Assembly: GCA_951406725.2 (NCBI GenBank)
Contig: OX597824.1
Coordinates: forward strand, 70,494,001-70,558,000
DNA: 64,000 bases
Direction: 5' to 3'
DNA from: Octopus vulgaris
Taxonomy: Eukaryota
Made by a program: the position numbers and the translations under genes. The notes beneath the pieces were generated by a model, which saw nothing but the letters and a program-made list of their open reading frames with translations, had not been told where the DNA came from and searched no databases. Of the stretch, positions 37,515-49,677 are shown piece after piece (position 1 is the first letter of the stretch; every line of letters begins with the position of its first letter).

Positions 37515-38085
37515 ACAGAGTTGAGTTCATATATATATATATATATATATATATTTTGGGATTGGTTTTGGGAAGGGCAAGTGTCCATTGACCATGGCCT
37601 CTAAAAGTCTTGTCCAACCTATGCCAATATGAAGAAGCAGATTTAAAAATAATATGTATGTGTGTGTGGTGTGGATGAGTATGTAGGTGCTATGTAACCA
37701 AGTGGTTAACAATTTCACTATGCAACTATTAGGTCTTGGGTTTGATTTCCCTGCATGACATTTTGACCATATATTTGCAAAATTGGGCAGATAAAAAGAG
37801 TATGGAAGTCCGTTGGGTGGCTTATGCTTGCAACCCAAAAATAAGAATAACCTGTGTCACTCTGATTCTGCCAGAAATTACATCAAGGGTTACACGTGTC
37901 CGTGAAATGCTTATCCACTTACACGTGAATTCAGGGGCAGGTAATTCAGCTGATCGGAAATCTGAAGCCATCGTCGGACGAGATCCACCACCCACCCTCA
38001 CCTCTACCGTCATGCTTAAACATGTATGAATGTGCGCGCACGAGCACACAAATAAACTAATTAATATTTATGGCATATATGTATA

Positions 38086-38320
38086 CAGTAATTCCTCGAT
38101 TATCGCGGGCGTTACGTTCCATCCCACCCTCCGCTATAGGTGAAAATCCACGAAGTAGAAGCAATACTATACTGTATTTTTTAATTATTTTTGTAATCTG
38201 TATTTATTTATTTTATTATAAATGCAAAATAACACCACAGAGGAATCGACGTAAGCTTAAATAATAAACCGCGATAGATGAACCGCGATAGGTGAATCGC
38301 GATATGGTGAGGGATAACTG
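38086..38320. mobile_element. pogo/Tigger-like MITE
   Basis: TA|CAGTAATTCCTCGATTATCGCG ... CGCGATATGGTGAGGGATAACTG; repeated CCGCGATAG subterminal motifs. Confidence 0.8.
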
Positions 38321-38506
38321 TGTATCTATATGTGTCTATATATATATATACACATGTATTCATGAACACTATGTATGCTTCATTACGATTGTTTAAATAT
38401 TTTTTTACGTCTGTCCTGCACAATCTTTTAAATTCATTTCTTTTTTCATATATTATATATTTCTAAGCGCCTTAAATTCGTTTTTGGTTCGTTTGAGCTT
38501 CCTTAC

Positions 38507-38624
38507 CATATAAACGTCTGATTGTAAACTCTATCAGCCGGTCAACATCTTACAATCGGGCAGCCATGCTTTCGTCTAATAGGTTGTTATCGCAGATTTC
38601 TAAGCGATTCTTCCGATCACAGAT
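38507..38624 (-). other. candidate 5'-UTR exon ending in a start codon
   Basis: Minus strand: acceptor ttgccttttgtcttccaaag|, 118 nt of unique CpG-containing sequence, then ATG|gtaagg donor. Confidence 0.4.
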
Positions 38625-41258
38625 CTTTGGAAGACAAAAGGCAAGTGTGTGCATGTGACACATTAACAAAATAACCATTCATTTATTTAATTTTTTTTTC
38701 TCTCTTCCCTCTCTCTCTTTCCATGGCCTACATTAGACTAATAACAACTAGACTAACGTTACAACAATAATAGCAAATATGAGACATCGAACCTCACTAC
38801 GTGGTCGCTGGACTTTGCTAGAAATAGTAGTCTAATCTCCCTTAAATGATACACCCTACTAGCTTTTATAAAAATAGAAAAATAGGGTAAAAAAGAAGGA
38901 TACCTTCGATAAGATTATCTTTAGATACAGCCGTATCTGAAACACGGTATCTCGAACCGTATGGCTACGGTTGGAGTGCTTTTAATCAAGTGTCTGCTCG
39001 ATCAGAACTGACCTACAGCGAACCGGACTCGGAGGGGAAGGACAGCTTATACGAAATGGACAGATTTAAGTGTTTGCTTTATATATATATATAGAAAGAT
39101 ATATAACATATAAATGTAGATATAGACTCGCGCGCGCGTTTACATGACCTTGCTCACATGTCCTTTTTAATATTTTTGTCCCACCCCTACACGACTTCTG
39201 TCTATATATGAACTATTTAAATAATTACATAATTAGCATTTAGTAATTAACAAGCATATACTGATAGGAATTATTAATTGTATCATATTAAATCTATGAA
39301 CATTTTATTTTCGAAGTAAATACTGTTGTTTATGTCAGGTATTCTATTTCCATTTGACGAGGTGTCCGTCCCATTTGAAGAATATTCACCAAGATACTCC
39401 ACATTCTCGCTAAATAATAACAATTACAGTAATAATGTTACTAATAATAATAACTTACATAAAATTAGTTATAAAACTTTTCACTTCAACTTAGTTTTTT
39501 TTTTGTTGTTGCTTTCGTTCTTTTCTGTTTCTAATTAAATTTTTTAATTGATTTTGGCTCATCTAGACTGTTATCTTTTAAATAATGTTATCTTCAAAGG
39601 CGAACAATATATCAATATTTTAAATATATTTCAACTAAAAAAAACTGCGTCCTTGTTTTTATAGTGTTACCATCAACATCGTCACTGTTAGTCCGACCTT
39701 ACCCCATTAATACATAATTAAGAAACAACACATCTCCGAAGATGTAAATCTTACATCATTCCCAGTACTGTATTAAACCTTTAACTTACTATATCGCTTT
39801 CATTTTCATGTCATAAACACATATTACCTTTATTGTCACTTAAAATTCTAATGTTTTAAATCAACATTTGCCATGTCTTACCATACCTATACGCTATCTT
39901 TCCCATATACCCTTGTCTTCTATTTAATTTTATCACTTACAGGTCAAACAATAATAATAACTAATAAATATAACCTTGATCGTCCTTTTGCCAAACCTTT
40001 GAAAAATACATGTCTTCAAAGAATATCGTTTTTCTTTTCCTTTCTTTCTATTGATAAGAGTTCAAAGGCTATTTCTTCCTCACGTTTTATATCCCCCATT
40101 TGAACTTATACATCGAGATTTCGGTATATATTTATATATATATATATATAAATATATATATTATTATTATTATTATTATTATTTATATCGATAAATACAG
40201 CCTGTTATCAATACCTACTATATCTATGTTAACTTTTAATGCTTATGGGGTGTCGATACAGTGAAGTACTATTTAGTAGCTCATATTCTCTTTCCAAATT
40301 GCGTGGCTTCCCCTACTTCTACCCGTTATTATAAATACACAATAGCAGTTTACTATAAATCGTTTATTGCTTGAGGGTGACATTTAATAAAGCTATGAAA
40401 GTTTTTAAAGCATTTCCTCCCCTTAAATACTCTACCTAACATATGTATATATATACACACACATAATAAACCCACATATCACTTTCTAATAATAGCGAAA
40501 ATAAAATCCTTGTAAACCAAGCAATGCCCTTCAATAAAGGGAGATAACTCAAACTCATGTCGTAATTCTCTTGTCGTGTGTCGTAATTCTCTCTTTCTTA
40601 TATGCATTCTGTACTGGACCTCTTATCCGACTTCCTTCCAGAAATCCGGGAATATTATGCAATATCTTGCAATAATATACCTTGTATGAAGTAGACATAC
40701 TCTGTTTTTGAAATTGGTTAACTTGCATACGGCGTGCTAAAAATAGTTTTGTTCTGTTAAGTGGATTGATAACAATATACTCTGCTACAGAAGTGTATTA
40801 ATTTGTATCTGTTATATAAAACCACGTTCTTTCGTTTAATTTTCATTCTATAAGCATTATTATATTGTATATGTGGTGCAGCATACTTTAAGAATTGTAA
40901 ATGGATTAATAGGTATCAAACAGACTCTGCTTTAGAAGTACGTGTCGTGAATTTGTTAGAGACAGATTTGGTCTGTACTTTTCATAGTTTATTTTATGAA
41001 GTGTATATTACGTAGACTGTCTTCGGAAAACTGTGATATCCGGCACACTTCCGGTTCCAAACCTGCCGATTAATTGGTCCGGTACTAATATATATATATA
41101 TATATATTTTTATTTATTTATTTACATCTGATATAGGATAAAATTTTTCGAAAAAAATTCTATCAACGGCCAGCATATTAAAAAATACCTTTGAAGGTTA
41201 AATTTATAAACAACTTATAAACAAGGGCATTTTTTTTCTTTTGCCCTTGTTTATAAGT

Positions 41259-41299
<41 letters not shown>

Positions 41300-42366
41300 A
41301 TAATTATGATATATTAAGCTTGGCCCGTTGGGCCGAGAAGCATTATATATATAATAATAATGATAATTATTATTATTATTGCATGAAAGGTCACAACGTG
41401 TTATGTGTGTCTTACATGTATGTATAGCCCCGTTGTATAGTTTACCTTTGGCTTGTCAGACTCCACTTTGTGAAATGTGTCACCTGGAAGTGACCTTTCA
41501 GAATCGATTGTTGAATATCTTTACTTCCGTTTATAAATATTAAATAATAATATGTGGTTTATCTTCAGTGTTATTGTAAATAACCAACATCTGTGTGTAT
41601 TTACATACATGCATGCATGCATATATATATTGCATAATATTTATAAACGAAAGATCTTCAATAATTGATTACGAAAGGTCATTAAAATAGTGTTGTCTGT
41701 ATTTACGCGGACTAATTTAAATTCTACACATACATCCCACATGAAGAATGTGGCGTAGTGAAATAAAAAGAATAATTTAGTCTAATTTTTACGCTCTATA
41801 AACCTGTATAACGTACTCTATCTCTTTCGTTGACAAAACCGAGACATATGGATAAATGCAGAGAGGTTTTGACACAACAGTAGTAAATATTATGTAGGCA
41901 CCTCAGTTTTAACCATGTGAAACAACATTTCTACGTATAACTCCTTCTTCAACTAAAGATTTAGGATTTTTGCTTCAGTAGCTGAATATATCCATAATTT
42001 GAACGATAGTAAAATTAGCTATTGAATGAAATGGTCGGTGCTGGGACACGTCGTACCGTACGGTGGGTGTAGACGTCTAATAGGGGTTTATGTAACAGAG
42101 ACAAGGTGGGAGATTGTATTGGTTAAGCTTATAGTAGACACCTTGTTATGAACCCAATAAATTAGGGATTTACTGCGCACCAAAGGAATAGTAGTACTTT
42201 CTGAAATGATTTGACTGGCACTACCTGAACGAACTACGTGGAGGTGCGATGACAGTGTGTCACTAGACCTTATCCTATATTGCCCAGTCTATCGGATGTT
42301 GTTATCACTGGTGGTTACAATACGCTGCATTGCATTGTTGTAGCATTCGAATGATGCTACCCCACT

Positions 42367-42420
<54 letters not shown>

Positions 42421-42423
<3 letters not shown>

Positions 42424-42595
42424 GTAACTTCGGTATAGGTACCGGAAGTACCAGATTTCAAGAAAGTGTCTCTTATATATATATAGGGGGTTACGGTTAG
42501 GGTTTGTGTTAGGGTTAGGGGTGGGAGAAAAGGGTTTCTGTTATCTTCAGAAATGTAAACAAAGCCACTTACGGTACCTATACCGAAGGATCGCC
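42421..42595. mobile_element. TIR-bearing MITE with internal telomere-like GGTTAG repeats
   Basis: GGCGTAACTTCGGTATAGGTACCG and CGGTACCTATACCGAAGGATCGCC; internal GGTTACGGTTAGGGTTTGTGTTAGGGTTAGGG. Confidence 0.85.
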
Positions 42596-42708
42596 CCCCC
42601 CCCAACCCAATCACGCATATAAAGATGACAGCATAGTGTGTGAGTGTAATATATCATCGTTCAAAACAGCAATGTATCCTACTTTCTTCCATATATACAC
42701 ACAAATGT

Positions 42709-42820
42709 CTAATTGTGACTGAGGGTGTCGAGCAGCACCTATATTGCTAGAAATAAGAATTTTTTTTAACTGTTATTTCTAGCAATATAGCTGCTACCCG
42801 GCACCTTCAGTCGCAATTAG
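42709..42820. repeat. fold-back element, arms about 50 bp
   Basis: CTAATTGTGACTGAGGGTG..CTATATTGCTAGAAATAA versus TTATTTCTAGCAATATAG..CACCTTCAGTCGCAATTAG; related half at about 31595-31650. Confidence 0.85.
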
Positions 42821-42870
42821 TGACAACTGAGTTTTTCCTGTTTGGTCTTATATTGCGTTTACTGTCTTCG

Positions 42871-42913
<43 letters not shown>

Positions 42914-43155
42914 TTATAACTTAGGGTATCTACGAGATACCGCCATGCTGAAAATAGCAGCCAGGATCTGACTCTAAGACCACATTAAGTGTTCATATAG
43001 CACACGGAGAGAAGGCAAAAAGACAAAATAAAACTAGTAAAAAATTACTGGATAATTTCAGATCCCGGAATAATTATTACCTTTGAAGGTTTTTATTTCC
43101 ATGCTGGTCACTTGATAAGATAAGATCGTTATTTAATTTAAATTAACAATCTTAT

Positions 43156-43214
<59 letters not shown>

Positions 43215-44311
43215 TAAGGGTAGAAATTGATATTTATCAATTAAAACCAGTGGTCTAGCATATTAAAAAAAGAATCCGAAGATTAAAATATTTATATATA
43301 CCAATTAAGGACTGAACACGAAAAGTGGACAGTCAACATGCTAGATATAGACGTCAAATCGCCATTCTCCACAAAAGATTATGTTCTCAAATCAATATAT
43401 ATATATATATTGTATTTTATTTCGCTTCGGCATAGCAATGCTAATGACTTGCCGCTAGAACTCGATATAACACGCTTTTCAGAATAAAGAACATGACAAG
43501 GGTACACGAATTTCACTATCAATTTGTTCTCTTGTCATTTCTTAAATTTCCTACGTGTGTGTATGTGCGATTCGATCTAATTATGTAATCGATGCGTGAC
43601 GTCATCTTGACCTCCCTAGACTGATTCTTACACGTGCATTCTTTTCATATCTAATCGAGCTTGTTAAATTCGGTGAACCTACAATCTGACAATGTTAATC
43701 ATGATAATGAATTTTGATAATAATTTTAACATGATGATGATGATGAATATGACACGAAATATTATCTCGTGTTGACTTCGCTTTTGTTGTTGTTGTTATA
43801 GTTGTTTCGTAATGTTTTACTTTGAACTGTTACACCACAAAAAAATTACAATAAAATCAAACAATAAATCAAATGGATATGTTTAGTGTATAAAATGCCA
43901 TGTCATGTCAAGAAATATAATGATGTGTGCGTGCAACCAAGTATGTAGTTGCATGTATGTTGATGATAATAAATTGCGAACCGGCCCGTTTTGTTTGAAA
44001 TTTCGTGGCATGGACATCGCTATTGTTTATAAATAATAATACTAATTGTTTCACATTTTTGACACAAGGCCAGCAGTTTTCAGGGAAGGAGAAAGTCGAT
44101 TACATCGGACCCTCCCCCCCACACACACAGACATACACCCTCAAGCGTTCAAGTAGTACTTGTTTTATCGATATCCGAAAGGACCAAAGGCTAAGTTAAC
44201 CTCAGCGGTATTTGAACTTAGGAAGAGTTGAAAAAAACCCAACAAATTTCTATGTATTTTGTCCGATGCTCTTAATTTTGCGAGCTCGCCACCTTATTAT
44301 TATCATCATCA

Positions 44312-44379
<68 letters not shown>

Positions 44380-44402
44380 GATAATAATAGTAATTGTTAT
44401 CT

Positions 44403-44620
44403 GTTTCTTTACTACCCACAAGGGGACAAACTAGTACAGAGAAAGGGATTAAGTCGATTACATCGACCCAGTGCGTAACTGGTACTTAATTTATCGACCC
44501 CGAAAGGATGAAAGGCAAAGTCGACCTCGGCGGGATTTGAACTCAGAACGTAGCCGCTGACGAAATACCGCTAAGCGTTTCGCCCGGCGTGCTAACGTTT
44601 CTGCCAGCTACCTCACCGCC
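44403..44620 (-). mobile_element. SINE family B
   Basis: Homology to the copy at 8336; CpGs retained. Confidence 0.88.
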
Positions 44621-45508
44621 TTAATTATTATCATCATTGTAGCACAAGAAACTTGCCATGCAATTTCTTACGACATACCGAAAAGTGTATTGATAACCGT
44701 CTCGTTCTTCCCCGTCTCTATCTTTCTCTCTTTCTTTCTGTCTCTCCCCTCCTCTTTCTATCATATGTCTCTATCTAGTCAAGGTTAAAGGGAGATAAGT
44801 TATCGAAAATAAACTTGGTAACAGGTGAGGCTGGTGTTGATTAGTGATGAAGGGTATTCATTCGTTGGTCGGTTGTTGGTCAATCAAGACGGTTGGCGCT
44901 TCTTCACTCATCTGACGGGATATTTTATCTTTGACTTGTTTCGGTTACTGGATCGTGGCCATGCTGGGGCACCGCCTTAACGGAATTTAGTCGAACGAAT
45001 CGACTCGAGTACTTTTTCTTTTAAAGCTTGCTACTGCTTCTTTCGTTGTTTTGCTGAGCCGCTATTACGGAAACGTGGACCAACTAGCACCAGGTATCAA
45101 GGGATGGCGGAATATAAACAAACAAAAAAAGGAGCGTGAGCGCGCGCGCACGCACACACACACACATGCTATAGATATATATATAGTCATTTGACTGCGG
45201 CCATGCTGGAGCACTGTCTTAAAGGGTTTTTAGTCGCAGAAACCGATCCCAGGACTCATTCTTTGTAAGCCCAGTACTTATTCTATCGATCTCTTTTGCC
45301 GAACCGTTAAGTTTCGGAGTCTTAAACACACCAACATCGATTGTCAAGCAATAGTGGGGGGGGGACAAACACAGACACTAAGACACACACACGCACATAC
45401 ATACATATACATATACATATATATATATATATAAGTTCAAAATTTAGATTCAGATGGATATGGTACTTAAGTTAAAGGCACCAGAATTTTGTATGGTATT
45501 ATCCATAT

Positions 45509-45592
45509 AAATCAAATGGGGTGATTATAATCAAAATAAGCAACAAGGATATCCAAGTTGCTTATTTTGATTATAATCACCCCGTTTGATTT
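45509..45592. repeat. fold-back hairpin (36-bp arms) ending a pseudo-LTR-like fragment
   Basis: AAATCAAATGGGGTGATTATAATCAAAATAAGCAAC, 12-nt spacer, reverse complement; same family as 21367-21564. Confidence 0.9.
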
Positions 45593-45699
45593 TAGTCTTC
45601 CATAAACAGACTTGCCCGGACTTGTGCCTGGGAGGGTAACTTTCTAGGTGAAATGAAATCCCATGGTCAGTCATGATCAAAGGGGGTCTCAGCAGCAGC

Positions 45700-45732
<33 letters not shown>

Positions 45733-48700
45733 CGACGAGCTTCTTTCAGTTTCTGTCTACCAAATCCACTCACAAGGCTTTGGTTGGCCCAAGGCTATAA
45801 TAGAAGACACTTGCCCAAGGTGCCATGTAGTTTGGAAGCAAGCTTCTTACCACATAGCCATGCCTGCACCTATCTGTCTACCTAAAGGCGCATGGCTAAG
45901 TGGTTAGGATGTTGCACTCACGATTGCAAGATTGTAGGTTCGATTCTGAGACAGAGCGTTGTATTGTGTTCCTGAGCAAAGCACTTCATTTCACGTTGCT
46001 CTGCAATCATTTCGACATCTGACATGTGGCACCCGTTGCACCTGTACAGGTAATGTCAATCTGATGGAGGCACAAACATTTGATCAATATAAACAAATCA
46101 TCCGTGAAGTTGTTCAGGAAGAAATTGTCGTACCCTCATATGGCATGTAATGACAGAAGAGGCAACCATATATATATATATATATATACAACGGGCTTCT
46201 TACAGTTTCTGTTACCAGATTTACTCACAAGGATTTGGTCAAGCTGGAGAGATAGAAAACACTTGACCCAAGGTGACATGCAGTAGGGTTGAATCCTGAA
46301 CCATGTGGTTGGGAAGCAGGCTTCTTACCACACAGCCACACCTGCATCTTTAAAAAAAAATTCAGGAAGCTTCCCTGGCAGGAAATCAAACCCCAGCCTA
46401 TCACTTGACAGGTGGGGATATATACTACTGGAAAGAAGGATAAAAAAAAAAAAACAAAGCACTTATTTTTTCCCCATATTTTATGAGACTTGATATGTTG
46501 TTGGCATGCTTTTTGTCTCAGGAGACAATGGAGTTGCGCATAAAATAATCTAGTCCGGCTTTTACATTTCATGTCCTAATACATCTCCTGCGTGGCTGTG
46601 TAGTCCTATCCTGGACAAACACTCCCTCTGGCAGGTGCTGCAAATGAGACTTAATATCATTTAAATTAAAGGTGTGGATGAAATTAATGAATATCATTCC
46701 TTGGAATAATGAGAAGGCATGTGGCTTAGTGGTTAGGGTATTTGGCTCATGATCGTAAGACCGTGGGTTCAATTCCCAGCGATGCATTATATCCTTGAGC
46801 AAGGAGCCTTATTTCATATTGTTCCAGTCCATTCAGGTGGCAAAAATGAGTAGTACGTGTAATTCAAAGGGAGCCAGCCTTGTCATATTCTGTGTCATAC
46901 TGAATCTCCCTGGAAACTGCATTGTGTGTCTGCATGTCTGTGGAGTGCTCAGCCACTTGCACAGGCCATTCCATTGATCAGATCAACTGGAACACTTGTT
47001 GTAACAAACGGAGTGCCAGTCATTCCTTGGAATTATGAAACACTGCGAATCTAGTATGAAGTGAGGTACATGGCATCATCATTCATTTAATGCCTGTTTT
47101 CTATGCTAACATGGGTTAGACAGTTCGACAGAAGCTGACCAGCTGAAGGACTGTTCAGGCTCCATGTCCGTTTTGGCATGGTTTCTACCACTGGATGCCT
47201 TTCCTAACGCCAGCCACTTCACAGGGGCAATGTAAGAATTTTAGTGAGTTTGAAATCCTCCCTGAGCCATTCCTATTTTCCTTACATTCACCATTGATTA
47301 CATTTTCACCCATGTTCACCATTCACCACATTCACTTCTATCCCCATTTCTACTCATCTGTCACTCTTCTTGACACTCGTGAACTTTCTTACCCACCCAG
47401 CTAACCTTGATTCTCTGTCCCTATTCTCTCTTTATTCACCTTTTGGTACCGTGAAGGTACACCCTGATATCTTGTCTCTACCATCCTTTCTCCCTTTCCA
47501 GTTTGGGCAACCAAATATCTCCTTTACAGCAAGACACCTGCTCCTGTCCTATAAAATACATTGGCTTCTTAACACCTGGTGCAAAGCCACCTCACTCAAT
47601 ATTGCACCCCCGTTTTGTTGAGGGGGGTCTTGTCTTGCAAGTTACTTGGTGATCTCACTAGTGCCACTGCCATGAAAAAACACCCAGTATATGCTGTAAA
47701 GTAGTTGACATTATGAAGGGCATCAAGCAGTAGATATCATGCCAAAGCAGACATTGGAGCTCAACATAGCCCTCGTTGGATCCTGTCGAATCATCTAACC
47801 TATTCCAGCATTGAACACGAACATTAATGGATGATGAAGAATTAATTAGTGGAAGAGAAACGATGCCCATTATATTTGGTGTTTCTTCTAGACTAGTCAA
47901 ACTGACATGACCCAACCTAAACAATGAGTGAAGGGCAGGAACTAAGGTGTTAGCACTATAGTGAACTCAACTGAAGATAAAACAGCAAAGGACCGCTGTC
48001 CCTCCTATCACTGTTAAAGTTACCATTATTGTCCCAGACTGCCTAAAGCAGTTAGTCTTCCATGTCTCATTATTCCTACTATGTCCCCTTGTTGCTTAAC
48101 CCTTTCATGTAGTTCCTTCCACCCAGGGCTGTCCCATATATTGAAGCTTATCCCTTGATTGTTGCTTAGTTACCAAACTACCAAAGTTCACAAGCTGAAC
48201 ATCCCCACCACACTATTGCAAGGAGGCTTTTACAAGTCAGTAGTTACTGTTTCTGCTCTTTATGTTAAATAACAATTATTTCTAACATAGGCACATGACT
48301 GTGGGTGTTGTGGGGAAGTGGGATAGGAGGAGGATACAGCCATAGCGACAGTAGTATTTCTTTCATTGACCCTAGTATTTGGTATTTATTTTATCAATTC
48401 CTGTTAAGAGGAAAAGAATTTGAACTCTGAATGCAAAAGGACAAAACTAAATTGGTGTATATGTGTGTCAGTGTGTCCGTGTCAAAGTTTGTCTTGAGAT
48501 CAAGTGATGGTCGTAAATGAGCATCACTATCATACAAGCAATGCTGCTTGTTGCTAGTCTTCTGTGAAAAACATGTCTAGCAATGAGAGAAATCCTTTCG
48601 TGCTTGGAAACAGGTGAGGGTTGGTTTTTTCAAAGCACTGAGATGGATTGTATTGACTAACTGCTGACCTTCAGTCAAAATTATGAAAGTTATTAGTATT

Positions 48701-48875
48701 TTCTTTTAATCTGTATGTCTGATGCAATCACTTGCCAAGGCACATCCAACACCCTAGGACAAGTGAAGGTTAAGAGCTGTTGAAATATGACTCAAAGCTT
48801 GGGGAGGGCAGTTCAGAGATACCTTCATATAATGCAACACAAATATCTAAATTGATAGGGTTTTTCTAAGGATGT

Positions 48876-49200
48876 TTATAGTATTTTCAGCACAATCTTT
48901 TGCATTTCCTTGTGATATGGTTCTTCCAAGATGTTACCTAGATATTTTGGGCATCCATTTTTTTGTATCATACCAAGAGCATCTACAATAATCGGGACTG
49001 TTTTAATTTCAATTTCCAGTTCTTTATATTTACTAAGTTTGACAAATTCCCTTACAGATATATTTTTATCAGTGGGAAACTTATATCTATTAGTCTGCAA
49101 GTATTTTCTTCCCAGCCTCTAATAATTATGTCTGGTTCATTAGCCTGGATCATTATGTCAGTTGACTGGAAAATCCCAGGGGATGATGACATTTTTGCCC
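48876..49200 (-). mobile_element. RLE-type (R4/Dong-like) non-LTR retrotransposon endonuclease remnant
   Basis: DKNISVREFVKLSKYKELEIEI..KTVPIIVDALGMIQK..EMQKIVL. Confidence 0.8.
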
Positions 49201-49266
49201 TCAACAACTAGATCAGGAAGGTATCCTTACCAGTTTGCAGGATCATTATTATTATTATTATTGTTA

Positions 49267-49306
<40 letters not shown>

Positions 49307-49677
49307 GGAGTGACTGTGTGGTAAGTAGCTTGCTAACCAACCACATGGTTCCGGGTTCAGTCCCACTGCGTGGCATCTTGGGCAAGTGTCTTCTGCTATA
49401 GCCCCGGGCCGACCAATGCCTTGTGAGTGGATTTGGTAGACGGAAACTGAAAGAAGACTGTCGTATATATGTATATATATATATGTATGTGTGTGTTTGT
49501 GTGTCTGTGTTTGTCCCCCTAGCATTGCTTGACAACCGATGCTGGTGTGTTTACGTCCCCGTCACTTAGCGGTTTGGCAAAAGAGACCGATAGAATAAGT
49601 CCTGGGGTTGATTTGCTCGACTAAAGGCGATGCTCCAGCATGGCTGCAGTCAAATGACTGAAACAAGTAAAAGAGTA
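49307..49677 (+). mobile_element. young SINE family A within an (ATT)n tract
   Basis: High identity to the copies at 6737 and 35303; flanked by (TTA)n. Confidence 0.9.

Larger units (their letters stand above)
38400..45300. promoter_or_regulatory. CpG-retaining, repeat-poor putative (divergent) promoter domain
   Basis: Unique sequence with frequent CpG, ETS-like ACTTCCG (about 41047 and 41524), CRE TGACGTCA (43597), E-box CACGTG (43631); flanks appear CpG-depleted. Confidence 0.4.
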
